Below, in pieces: positions 27,270 through 41,000 of a DNA stretch of 64,000 nt (the first letter of the stretch is position 1; every line of letters begins with the position of its first letter). The notes beneath the pieces are model-generated. The model ran no database searches. It saw only the letters and a program-made list of their open reading frames with translations, and was not told where the DNA came from. Source of the stretch: Cenococcum geophilum. Taxonomy: Eukaryota. The position numbers were made by a program, and so were the translations under genes. The DNA is taken from assembly GCA_050273025.1 (NCBI GenBank), contig CP158635.1, positions 14,074,001 to 14,138,000 on the forward strand, written 5' to 3'.

Positions 27270-30200
27270 TAGACCTACTAGGAGCCCTTAATGCCTATAT
27301 AAACGTTATTAATAAACGGTATAATAATATACTACGCCTAATACTAAAGCTAGCCCCCCGATATAATACGGCAACCCTATAAACGTTTACTAAGTTATTA
27401 TCTTAGCCTAAGCACCCTAACGCCATAGATATTAACACTAGAACCCTAGAGTACGCCCTACTAGGGTCCCCTAAATAAGAAAGACGCATTAAGCTAGGCC
27501 TTTACTTTAAATGCGGAAGTAAGGACTACATCTTAAAATACTATCTCGTCCCATTATTTACGCCCTAAAACGATTTATAAACGGCTAATATTAGTAACTA
27601 TTTATCGCGCCTAAGCTTAAGCCATTAATTATAGCCCTTATCGTCTAGCTCTAGCCTATTGTTTAGTAAGCACTATTTATAAAAATTAAGCTCTAACTAA
27701 TATCCTATAAGAACCCCGCCCTAATTACCTTTTAAAAAAAAAGGTCTTAAAGTTAAGTCGCTCTCTAGGACGGCTCTGCTATAGGATTTCGCTAAACGCA
27801 TTTAATATTACAATCTTTAACTTTTAGGACTGTAGTATAACCATTAACTACTGTCTTTAGTAGAATAGTTAATAGGCTAACGCTTAAATCCTAATTAATA
27901 TAGGAGCTAGCGACATAGGATTTATTAATAAGATCTTTGCGTAAGATAATAGTTTTACCCTAACTTCCCTTAACCGGCATATTAACGCATTTGGATTTAA
28001 TAGTAAACGCACTATCTTAGGCCGTATTACCTACGTAGTAGCCCTAAAACTCTAATACCTAAACTATAAAGAACTAATTAAGCCTTTCGTTACTACCCTA
28101 GGTCATATATTAATCCTTAAACAGCCCTAAATAAAGCTATATAAGGTAACTATTAATTAGAAAAATCTTAAGCTTCTATTTACCGCCTCCTATTATAAGC
28201 AGAAGTGCCTTACTACTTACTACTTAGACCTAGAACTAAAATCTAAAAAATCTACTAGAATTCACTAGTCTAAAATTTCTATAACTGTTTACCCTATACC
28301 TAAGGAATTTACCAGATTCTACTAGTATAAGAATTCTACTGACATCTACTAAGGATCTAAAAACTCTACTAAATTCTATAAGTTATTACTAAGCATTATA
28401 CCGCCCCAAGCTAAGTAAAAGCTTAAGCTTAATATACGAAAATACTAGAAGGACTGGTATTTTACTATAAAAAGGATTCTTAAAGAACCCGAACCTAAAT
28501 CTAATATTAACTCCATACCTAATACCGAACCTAAACCTGAATAAGAAACTATAAATAATCTAAGTAAGCTCGGCACCCTAGATATCCGCATAATTAGAGC
28601 TACCCCGCTAGCGCGACTTGCTAAGAAACCCGAATATATAATCTTTATTATTACTATAGCTAATATTAAAAAGGCCTTAGCACCGAAGAAGTATACTAAC
28701 CCTGCTACGAAGGTACTAGTAGAGTACTATAACCGCCTAGAGGTATTCTTATGGAAGGAAGCTAATAAGCTACTAAAACACCAATCGTACGACTATAAAA
28801 TTATACTTAAAGAAGAAAAGCAGCCTAGATTTAGACCCTTATATAGGATATCTTAAAACAAACTCTAAGTGCTTTAAAAGTATTTAGATAAGAACCTAAG
28901 TAAAGCATTTATTAGAGTAAGCTCGTCGCCTATAGCCGTATTAGTAACCTTTATTAAGAAACCTAGCGGCAGTTTATGCTTCTATATAGACTACTAAGCT
29001 CTTAATACTATTACCGTTAAAAACTAATATCCGATTCCGTTAATATAGGAGACACTAAACCGACTAAGTAAGGCTCGCTACTATATAAAGCTTAATATTA
29101 TCTCTATATTTAACCAAGTAAAAGGAGATAAATAGCTTACTTCATTTTGTACTTAGTATGGATTATTTAAATACTTAGTAACGCTATTTAGCCTCGCAAA
29201 TGCTCCGAGCTTGTTTTAACAATACCCTATATCCCTACCTAGACATTTTTATACTACTTATATTAATAACGTCCTAATATATAGTAATAACCTAACCGAA
29301 TATTGGAAATACGTTAACTTTATCCTATAAGCCCTATATGGAGCTAGTCTATAATTAGATATAGATAAATACGAGTTCTATAAAACGGAAGTCCTATACC
29401 TTAAACTCCTTATTTTTATTAATGGTATATAAATAGACCTAAAGAAAGTTAAAGTAATTATAAACTAGTAAGAACTTAAGAACGTTAAGGATATAAGAAC
29501 CTTTATAAGATTTACTAATTTCTACTAATAGTTTATTAATAACTTCTCCGCCTTAGTTTTACCCCTTATTACTCTAACCTAAAAGGATAAAGCTTTTATC
29601 TTTAATAAAGAATATAAAAAGGCCTTTACTTATCTAAAGGTTATATTTACTACTATACATATACTCTAACACTTTAACTTAGAACGAATAAGTGTTATAA
29701 AAGCTAACTCATCTAATTACATTACTAGAGGTATTCTGTCTTAATATAATAAAGAAGGAGTATTGCACCCTATAGTATACTTCTTAAAACGACTAAGCCT
29801 TAATAAATATAATTATAAGATCTATAATAAAGAATTGCTAGCTATTATTAGATACTTTAAGTAATAGTAACCTAAACTAGAAGGCGCCGGATTTCTAACT
29901 AAGGTCCTTAGCAACTATAAGAACCTATAGTATTTTATAACCACAAAACAGCTAAGTTATCGTTAGGCCCGCTAGTTAGAATATCTATTACGCTTCTAAT
30001 TCTTAATTACGTACCGCCTAAGTATTTAAGGTTAGAAGCCTAATACCTTAACCTAATATTTATAAGACACACTAGCCCTAAAAAAAGCGCGCTTTTACTA
30101 AAACCAGACTCTGCTTTGCCCTAAACTATTTAACCCTCTTACTAAAGACCTTATAGTATACGTCCTTAAAATAACTAATCGACCAATTAAATAGAATATA

Positions 30201-32077
30201 GTTAATAAATACCTAAATAACGAGTTTATCTAAGAAACGCTTAAGCTTATTTAAGATAGCGTTAAACGCTTTAAAAAAGATTTCTTTAAGTAAATATAAA
30301 GCTTATAGAAACCGCTTATATTACTAAAACTATCTAGTTATCCCTAATTATAATAAGCTTAAGCTTAAGCTCCTTAAACACGTATATAATCTACCTATTA
30401 CCGGCTACCTAGGCTAAGGAAAGACCCTAAAACTACTCTAATAGGAGTATTACTAGCTAAATATGTATAATACGACATAAAGGTATATCTTTAGCTACTA
30501 TACCTACTAATAAGCTAAAGCCTTATATAAGACGTATAATGGTATTTTAAAGCCACTGCCTATTCCGGACTAAAGATGGAAGGATATCTTAATTAACTTT
30601 ATTATTAACCTCCCTAAAAGTAGAGGCTGTACGAACATTATAGTAATTATAGACCGACTATCTAAGATAAGACACTTAATCGCCTATCCCGATATATTAA
30701 CGCTTACTATTGCCTAACTATTCTTAGATTATATATAGAAACTTCACAGACTCTCTAAAACGATTATCTCTAATAAAGGTAGCTAGTTTATCTTAGCATT
30801 TTAGAAAAAACCAACTACCTAACTCTGTATTAAAGCACTATTATTTACCGCGTACTATTTAGAAACGGATAGTTAAACGGAACGCGTAAATGCTATAATA
30901 GAATAGTATATTTAGATATACACGTTATATTTATAAGATAACTAGATTAACTGGCTTATATTTACCAAGTTTACTATAAATAATTCTATCTCGGAAACTA
31001 CGAAAGTCTCCCTATTTCTAGCCAATTACGGCTAATACCCATAAATAGGTTTTAAACCCTTTAGTAATGTTCCTTGCCCCGCTTATTACGCCTTATAAGT
31101 TATAAAAGTAAATAAATTTATAGAAAAGATAGAGGAACTATAACAGTTCCTTACTAATAAGATAATATGGGCTTAATCTGTCTATAAATCCGTAGCGAAT
31201 AGGAAATAAACCCTAGCACTAGTTTACTAAATTAGTAATTTCGTCTAGCTAGATATAAGAAATCTAAATACGAAACGACCTACTAAGAAACTTAATTAAA
31301 AGAATACTGGCCCTTATAAGGTTAAAAAGGTTATCTCTCCTTATGCCTACTAACTAAAGCTCCCTAATACAGTTAAAATCCACCCTATATTCTATACGTT
31401 AGTCCTCTGCCCTACTGCCCCTATATTAGACGCCCTACCTAAACAAATATAGGATCCTCCCCCACTAGTTAAGGTGGACGGTAAGGATAAGTACTTTATT
31501 AAAAGAATTAATAATATTAAGTACGATAAACAGAAACGCCAATATATATATCTTATAAAGTGGAGAGACTATACTAAGCCCTTATAGGAACCCGTTAACT
31601 CTATAGGACTTATATAAGCCGTAGAAAACTTTTATAAACTCTACTTAGAATTACTATAGCCCTATTTCGTAGAAGCTTAAGTTTAAATAGGGGGGTACTA
31701 TTATAGGATACCCCCGTAACACCTTATACACATCTACTTATTTCTACTAACTTAGTAACTAAAGACTAACCACAAAACGGCAATTTAATAGCAATCCGCG
31801 GTAATTTAACGGCAACTTGCTATATTTTACTATATTCCACCAAGTTCTACTAAGTTCTACTAAATCCTGCTAAGTTTTACCAGGACTACTACCTAAATCC
31901 TATTCTACTTTGTATACGTATTAACTAAGTAACTAAGTCTATAATATGTACCCTTTCTTCCCGTTTTCCTACCTTCTTTCCTTATATAACGTCTTAACTT
32001 CTTACACAGTTTATATATATAGCTTAATAATATTTACCTTGCTATATATTATCGCCGCTTATACTCACTCCGTAACA
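27270..32077 (+). mobile_element. Chromovirus-type Ty3/Gypsy family E copy E1 (gag 3' part, PR-RT-RH-IN-chromodomain, PPT, 3' LTR)
   Basis: INIGASDIGFIN ~27895, FIKKPSGSLCFYIDY ~28950, YINNVLIYS ~29259, HVYNLPITGYLG ~30379, YLIKWRDY..L*EP ~31550; PPT ATAGGGGGGTAC. Confidence 0.9.
31699..32077 (+). repeat. 3' LTR of E1
   Basis: Homologous to the E2/E3 LTRs; ends CCGTAACA. Confidence 0.9.
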
Positions 32078-32682
32078 TATACTTAAAAGGTTCTATATAG
32101 GAGGAAGAAGAAATCTCCTTAGCTTCTAAAGCTAGAGGAGAAATCCCCTTTATATAATATAATATAGGGGAAATATAAGAAGTATAGCAAACCCTACTAG
32201 AAATAGGATTTAGGAGAAAAATAGATATTATTCTAGTACAGGAACCTAGTACCTGGAAAGATAGGCAAAAAGGATCCTACTTTATTTTATATCCTGTATT
32301 TAACCTTATCCTCCCTAGTAATCTAGCTATTTATCCTAGGGTAGCTATTTATATAAGGAAAACTGGTTCTAATATTCTATAATATAGAAATAGGGAGGAT
32401 ATCTATAAAGATACAGATACTATAGCACTAGAAATCTATAGCTAATTTAAAAGATTTTTACTGCTTAATATTTATAACAAGAGATAACCAAACAAGAACT
32501 TTAGAACCTAAAGAAATAGTATAAGTATTATCTTTAGAGCTATTCTAGAAATAGAAATAGACCTCCCTTTTATACTAATAGGAGACTATAACCTATACTA
32601 TATATAGTGGAATGCACTAGCGAGGAATTTAACTAGAGAGGCTAAAGAACTAGTAGACTAGCTAGACAAATATAACTGCTAA

Positions 32683-32892
32683 TATCACGGCTTATATAAA
32701 TGCCTCTAAACCGAAGCTTATAGAATACTATATTATAAAGATACTAAGCCAAAGAGAAGGAAAAGGGGTTGCTAGGGCCGGTGTAAATAAATATATAGAG
32801 TGAGCCGCTAAGGCGCTAGCTTTGGGCGGGCCAATTATAGGTTAGTAAAATATGGCAGAATTTAGCAGGTAATATGCGATAGCGCCATTATA
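32683..32892 (-). repeat. G1 3' LTR
   Basis: Matches 51912-52121; adjacent PPT complement TCACCCCCCTCTTT. Confidence 0.9.
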
Positions 32893-35800
32893 TCACCCCC
32901 CTCTTTAAAAGAAAGCCTGCCTTTAGACTTAGTTAGAAATAGGGTAGTACTAGGCTTATAAACATAGGATTACAAAATATAAGATAAGGAGATAAAGGGG
33001 ATATAAGTATGTCTAAACTAAGTATAAAGGGCGATTATAGGCTAAGTGGAAGCACTAGGCTAGAAAAAGTAGCTATTAAAAGTCCTAGCATAGATCTAGC
33101 TAATTAGATAACTTTAACCAGCGGTTAAAGTTCCTAGATATCTAAATTTTTATGGTACTGGTAGAAAACGGTAGTATATAGCAGAATTTGGCAGATAGCT
33201 GCATTAGGGCTTTAGGGCGTTTTTATCCCTATATTCTTCCGGTAACTTATTCTTTTTATTATACTAGCATTCCATCTATTTATCTAGGTACTTTAGGGGT
33301 TTAGGCGTATTAGGGTATTAGTTATAAAACCTTTTAAGCTTTTAGGGGCAGCCTATAAAGTTCCATATAGGGTACTAAGTTAGGTTAAAATTATAGCCCT
33401 TCTATTAGATACGGTATTTTAGCGTTTCCCATACTATCTTATAGGCTAGTATTTTATTAACCTCCTATTCGTTATTACCGTTTACTTAAACTAGTAGGGG
33501 AGGCTTGTTCTTTTATCCGGGTAATAGGTTATTTATAGCTTTTTATAACTTATCTAGTAAGAAAATAAAATAAACCCTAATTAAATCTAAAAGCTTTATC
33601 TTATATAAGTTGCCTATCTTCTTAAAAACCTTATACAGTCCTACTATCTAGTAGTTTAGCTTATAGCTAAGTCGTTTGGTTTTCTAATTTCTTATTATAA
33701 CCCAGACTATATTACTAGGGGTAAAGTTAGGCTCTTAATAGTGTTTATTCGCCTACTATTCTATTAACCTTTAAGCTTTTTTTAGGTTCTTATAGGCTAC
33801 CATTTAAGCTTCCTCTAATTATTTGGCGTACTATTAGGCCTTAGTATAGGATAGTTTCTCTTATATAGTTTGGGGTTCTTCTAGCCTTTTCTAGTTAAAG
33901 CTTATATAGGGTAAGTATCCTATTTCTAGCTAAATTAGGGCAAACCCTATAGAGTTATAGGGTAGGGTTACTTGCGTATAGTCTATTAAGGGTAGTAGTT
34001 TAGACTAGTTATCCTAGAAATAGTTAATAAAGGGCCTAAGCCTCTAGTCTAGGTACTAATTTATAATCTCCGTCTAACTATTTATCTAGGGGTAGTAAGC
34101 CGTAGAAAGCTTTAGCTTAATGCCTAGGATCTAGGTAAACTTATTCTAAAAGGCCGATATAAACTATAGCCTATAATTAAATATAATAGTATCTAGTAGT
34201 TTATAGATTTGGTAGACGTAATAGATATATAATTAGGCTGCCTCTTTAGCATTAATATTCTTATAATAGGGAATTAAGAACGGGCGTTTACTAAAGCGGT
34301 TAACTATAACTATAACTATATTATATCTGTTACGGTCCCTAAGTAGTTTATAAAAGTCTATAAAGATATATTACTAAGGGCGCTCTAGTATTAGGAGTAG
34401 CTTAAGTAGTCCTAGGGTCTTATTCTATAGGATTATAGCTCTTTAGTAGTCTTTGCAGTTTTATATATATTAATTAATATCTATAACTATTCTTAGCTAA
34501 TAGTAGTGGCAGCTAATAATTTACAGGTCTTATTTTTACTAAGATATACTATAAAGACTTAGCAATAAGCTTTACAGATTAGTTTAGTCTATAGATTATT
34601 AATATTAGGGACTATAAGCCGCTCCTAGTATAGGAGTAATTCTTCCTCTATCTTAAAATTGGGGTTTCCTTTTATAGCTTATTTATAAAGGGCCCTTAAG
34701 GTATTAACTATACGGTTTATAGTTAAGAGGTAATTAATTAGCCCTATTAGCTTATCTAAGGACTCCTCTATTAGTGCTAGCTTGTTTTATTAAGAGTTTA
34801 GATCCTCTAGAATCCGTAGGTTAAGCTATTCTAGATAAAGAAGGGCGCGCGTCTAATATTAGGTTTTTAGCTTATCCTAAGGTCTTATATCTTATTCTTT
34901 TTAGGTTAGAGTATTAGCCTTAATATTTTACTTACTAGAATAATATATAATTATAAAGAAGAATTAGAAGAGTATTTTAGCCTATTAGGCTTATTATTTA
35001 GTAAGCTGCTTTATAGTTATAAAGTACTTTAGGGCTTTATAATCTATATATATTTTAATCTAGGAGTTTATACCTTTAAGCTCTACGCGCTATTAGGAGA
35101 GTAATTAAATAATAGCTAGTATTTCTTTATTATATACTTTATAGTTATACTTAGCCGGGTTTATTATCTTTAAGAAAAAAGTAATAGGGTACTATTTACC
35201 GTCTAAATATAACTATAATAGGATTCCTACTATAACCCTATTAGAGGCATCTATTTCTAGCATTAATTTAAGGTCTTAGATTATAGTAATAAAGAATTAA
35301 AAAAGAGATAAGCTAATCCTTTATCTCTTTAAAGGCTTCTATATAGCTATTATTAAAGATAAAAGGCGTATCCTTCCTAGTTAGTTATATAAGAGGTTTT
35401 ACTATAATTTTATAGTTATAGATAAACTAGTGGTAGAAGTTATAAAAGCTAAGGAAGAATTAGATTTCTTTTACTATATAAGGGGGCTTCTAGTTATAGA
35501 TTGCCTTTACCTTTTTAGGGTTAATCTTAATTCCTTTTATAGTTATAATAAACCTAAGGTATTTTATATATTTTACCCTAAACTTATATTTCTTAATATT
35601 AACTTATAAGCCCGCGTTCCGTAGTCTCTTTAGGACTTTTTTAATATAAACTTAATACTTAAGTTTATTATCTAAGTATATAAAAATGTTGTCTAGGTAT
35701 ACTATATAGAATTTGTTAAGGTAATTAAAAAGAATGTTATTTATATACCTTTAGTATATAGCCGGTCCATTTATTAGTCTAAAAGGAAAAACTTTATATT

Positions 35801-36190
35801 TATAGGAACCGTAATAGGTACGGAATATTATTAAAATTTTAAATATAGGGTCTTTTCTAATTTAGTAGAAAGCTTAGTAGATATTAAGTTTAGTAAAGAT
35901 CTTTACCTAGCTTAAATATATAAGGGTTTTATTAATTAAAGAAATAAAATACTAGTCCTTTTAAGTAATAGCGTTTAGCTTTTAATAGTTAATATAAAAA
36001 TTAAGGCCTTTATTAGGCTTTTTTATAAATAGAATAGGGGAAGTAAAAGGGGCTTAATTTAGCTTAATAAACCCTTTATCTAGGTTATTAATTAAGTACT
36101 GCTTTATTACTTTTAGCTTATCTATTAATTAATAGTAAAGGGGGCTATAGCCTAGCGAGTTATTAGCTTCTAATTAAATCTTATAATTAT

Positions 36191-37299
36191 TATTATTGAT
36201 TCTTAATTAACGTTTAATGCGGTCCCAATTAAGGTCCATGCAGACTATAGCCGTAATGTAGGTACAAAAAACCTCCAAGGGAGACGTGAGAGGTAATACA
36301 GCATGTACCCCTCCAGGTAGCACGCCCGTACTACGTCAACGGGAGGAAAAATACCCTTTGGTCTCTGCTCTGACACTAGTCTCCTAATAAGACTTAGTCT
36401 CCTAATTGCCTTGCTTGCCCTGTCTACCGCTTATACCATACTTCCTGATATTATCGTTATAGGTTGCCATTAGGTGTTGTATCTTACCTGCCCCTAGCTC
36501 CTTACTGCCCTATATACCCCCCACCTGCGGTCCTCCTGCTTATAGCATGAATCCAGTCCTATATAACTTTCCTAGCGGAATAGCGGGGTAAACTAGGTGT
36601 CCTAGGGCCCAAACCTAGGTCCCTACTATCTCCTAGCCAAAAGATGTAGAGAGAAAACCGCGCATACTTGGTAAACCCAGGCTAAACGGGTAGGGTAAGG
36701 CAGGTAGTTAAGAGGCTTGTTACAGGCCTTCCGCCTATAAGGTGTATATATAGGTGCCGTACAGTATATCGCGCTATACCGCATAAGAAGAAGGGGGACG
36801 CCGTAGGTTATACTGCCGTGGATTAAGTGTACTAGACGTGTATATAAGGTCGTAGTAGTTATATTTATAGTCCTCTGCTAGGGCTCACCCTCCTAGCAAG
36901 AAGATTCTTCCCATTACTACTACGTCGCAGCGCCGGCGCTGCGCAGCCGTATACACGTCTCTGCGTTTGCTCTAGTAGTCTATTAACACGGTCTAGATGG
37001 AACGCCAATAGCTGCATACTAGGTTCCTGGGCTCCACCGCGTGGAGGTGCAGAGGCCGATTTTTTGGAGTTGTCTTGCCCGTATTGTTAACTAGGTCTTA
37101 GCGCCAAGACCTATAAAAACTCTGCTGTTCTGACGGCGTTGAGGGCAACGCATTTAAAAGCGCCCTGTAGCCACGACGTAACGCCGCTGCATCAGTAACA
37201 GACGAGATCCTCACTCTCAGCTTAACCGTACGGACAAGATGAGACGGAAAAGAACCCCCATAGGACAGTATGGGTCGGATCTCGATTTTGGTGTTCCTT
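36191..37299 (-). mobile_element. SINE-like non-autonomous retroposon S (~1.1 kb)
   Basis: 17-bp TSD TTAAATCTTATAATTAT at 36174-36190 and 37300-37316; (TAA)n tail on the minus strand; GC-rich, no ORF in the track; 3' end resembles LINE A/B 3' ends. Confidence 0.85.
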
Positions 37300-37821
37300 T
37301 TAAATCTTATAATTATATATTTAGTAAGGGGGTAACTTATTTAAGGCCGCTTTTAAGAATATATCCTTATAATTTATATAAATAGTAAAAAGGAGGCGTT
37401 TAACTAGTTCCTTATTAGTTTCCTTATCTAGCCTTTCCTCTCTATTATTAATAATTTAGTTAATCTTATATAGGCTCGTTATAAAGACCTTATTATCCTT
37501 CTGGTATATATTAAAGTAAAATATTATAGCGCTGGTTGCGGTAATATTTATAGTGGGGGGGGGGTTACCTAATAATAGGGGCGTGTATAACTTTAGGGAC
37601 TTCTAGGGTACTAGCGTTATTATTACTCCTTTTAGCTCCTATTATATCTTTTAAAGGTTATCCCTTATATCCTATTAATACGTTCTTTTCCATACTGGTT
37701 AAATCTATATAATTTAGACGTTATTTATATTATTATCTATCCCGCTTCTATACGTAGAGTCCTCTTTAAACGTAGTACTTTAGGAGAGTATCTTTATTAG
37801 TATAGAGTTCTTTCTACCTTT

Positions 37822-38032
37822 TGTAACGGCGCTATCGCATATTACCTGCCAAATTTTGCTATATTCTACTGACCTATAATTGGCCCGCCCAAAGCTAGCG
37901 CCTTAGCGGCTTACCCTATATATTTATTTACATCGGTTTTAGTAACCCCTTTTTCCTTCTCTTTAGCTTAGTACCTTTATAATATAGTATTCTACAAGCT
38001 TTAATTCAGAGGCATTTATATAAGCCGTAATA
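37822..38032 (+). repeat. G2 5' LTR
   Basis: TGTAACGGCG...CCGTAATA. Confidence 0.9.
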
Positions 38033-41000
38033 TTATACTAAGCTCACTCTACCTTGCCTAGGAAGGCCTTAATAATATCCTACCCTAAAGAAACTTTGTC
38101 TATAACGGCATATTAATACGCTATACTTAAATATTAAAACAACTCTATATTACCTGGGAAGGCCTAAATAATATCCTACCTTATAAGCTAGATAGAACTG
38201 GACCTATACCTCTAGAATTAAAACTAAAGTATATAATACCAATAAACCTTAGAAAGCTAATAATGGCACCTAAAGTAAGCTTATTTAAGAGAGTTATTTT
38301 TACTTAAGAAGAACCTAAGATCTAATTAGGATTAGAAATTAAAGATAATAATAACGTTATAGACGTACGCGAGTAGATTCGCGCCCTTATAGCTAGCTAA
38401 GAAGCTAATTATTTTAAAGTAAGAAATATATAAAAGACCCTATAAGAGATCCTAGAAAGCCTTATAGCCCTATTAAATAGCCTAGCTTCCCCTTTTTAAA
38501 GCCCTAGCCGATCTATTTACTCTACGAAATACGATATACTAGGGAGTACGGATATAATAATAAAGTAATTAAAGTCCGTTAAGCTCCCTAACTCCCTACT
38601 ACTATTTAATAGAATAGACCTTACCTTTAAGAATTAGAGGATTTAAGTATGAGGAAAGCTCCGCGTTAACTATAACTATTTCCTTTCTAAAGAAGCCAAA
38701 ATGCTCTACCTCTTTAGTTAAACTACTAGGGACGCCTAATGGCACCTTTAAGCTAAGTTTAAGGATAACTCCTCTATCTAATTTATATCTATTAATAAGA
38801 TAATATAGCACCTAGCGGCTATTTATATTAACCCGAATAAAGTATAGGATGCCCGTTTTAACTATAATTGCCTAATAATAAAACTAAACTAACCCTTTAT
38901 TAATTCTAGACTTAATTCCTATACCTTATAGGAGAAGGCTAGGTTCCCCTTAAGAACTACTAATTAGACCTATATAATAAGCTAATAATCTAGCTATAAG
39001 AAAATATTGCTATAACCTTAAATAACCTACTAACGTATAAAAGACTTACAGCTTATTACCTATTATTAGACTTAAAACTAAAGCGGATTAACGCCCGCCC
39101 TAATTAGTAGAAGTAACTCTATAATAATTAAAACTCGCTAGCTATACCTATAGGAGCTAGAGCAGAAAGATAAGTTATAACTACTCTTACTCTAAAGGCA
39201 GTTATAACTACGTACTAGTAAGCCTACCTAACCAGTTACGTACCATACTATTAACTAGTATTCGCTATAATACTCTAATTAACCCTACCTTAGCTATATA
39301 TTATAACTATAATAAGTAGGGTTACTTTACCTTATCCTGCCTAAAGCTAAAGGATATAGGCAATATTAAGGAAATAAAGGAAGGAGAAACATCTAATAAG
39401 TTAGGAAAAGAAGAACCGTAGGGAAAGACTCCCCCCTAGGGTACCCTATTGATCTTAAAGAGATTAATCTTAGTTAATAGGTAGAAAGTATTTTATAGTT
39501 TTATATATAGTATCTTAAAATGGATATAGAGTTAATATAACCGCCCTTATTAACACTAGAGTAAATAGCTTTGCCTTTATAAATACTACCTATATAAATA
39601 ATGTTGCTAAGTTTTTAAATGCAGAAGCTATCTAACTAGAGAAGCCTATTTAGGTAAAAGGCTATAACGGCTAAGCTAGTCGGCCTATTACCCACATCTT
39701 AAAGTTATATATTGCTTTTAATAGACGACGCTAATATAGCATCCCCTTTTACATTATAAACCTAGGGTCCTATAATATAATCCTTAGACGAAAATAGATA
39801 TCCTATTTTAATATTTAGTTAAACATATAATAAAGACGGTTTATCTAGCCGGAGGATAGACTAAGGTTACCCTTCTTTATTAAAAAGATCTAAATTAACC
39901 ACAAGACACTAACCGTAAGGGCTAACCCTACTTATTAGTAGGATGTCTGGGCTTATAACCTAGCCTTTACCTAAAAAGACGCCCGCCACAAAGCTAGAAA
40001 GAACTCTATACTAATAAAGATACTCTCCTAAAGCGCTACGTTTAAAGAGGACTCTATATATAGAAGTAGGATAAATAGTAATATAGACGATATCTAAATC
40101 GTATAGATTTAACTAGTATAGAAAAGAACATATTAATAGAATATAAGGGATAACCTCTAAAAAATGCAACAGGAGCTAAAAGGAGTAATAATAATACTAG
40201 TACCCTAGAAGTCCCTAAAGTTATATATACCCTTATTATTAGGCAACCCCTACTATAGATATTACTGTAATTAGCGCTATAATATTTTACTTTAATATAT
40301 ACCAGAAGGATAATAAGGTCTTTATAACGAGCCTATATAAGATTAACTAAATTATTAATAATAGAGAGGAAAGGCTAGATAAGGAAACTAATAAGGAACT
40401 AGTTAAACGCCTCCTTTTTACTATTTATATAAATTATAAGGATATATTCTTAAAAGCGGCCTTAAATAAGTTACCCCCCTACTAGATATATAATTATAAG
40501 ATTTAATTAAAAGCCAATAACTCGCTAGGCTATAACCCCCTCTACTATTAATTAATAGATAAGCTAAAAGTAATAAAGTAGTACTTAATTAATAATCTAG
40601 ATAAAGGGTTTATCGAGCTAAGTTAAGCCCCTTTTACTTTCCCTATCATATTTATAATAAAAACCTAATAAAGGCCTTTATTTTTATATTAACTATTAAA
40701 AGCTAAACGCTATTACTTAAAAGGCCTAGTATTTTATTCCTTTAATTAATAAGACCCTTATACGTCTAAGCTAGGTAAAGATTTTTACTAAACTTAATAT
40801 CCGCTAAGCTTTCTACTAAATTAGGATAAACCCTATATTTAAAGATTTAATAACGTTTTATACCCGTTATAGTTTCTATAAATATAAAGTTTTTTTTAGA
40901 CTAATAAACGGACTGGCTATATACTAAAGGTATATAAATATTTTTTTAATTATCTTAATAAATTCTATATGGTATACCTAGATAATATTCTTATATATTT

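Noticed and set aside
37200..37290. 5S rRNA-derived (SINE3) or hammerhead head for S
   Set aside because: Only short matches (CGACCCATAC, GTTAAGC); no convincing C-box and no CUGANGA/GAAA core; needs Infernal.
38602..38811. 69-aa ORF conserved at 51132..51341
   Set aside because: Antisense of Gypsy G gag in two copies of the same element.
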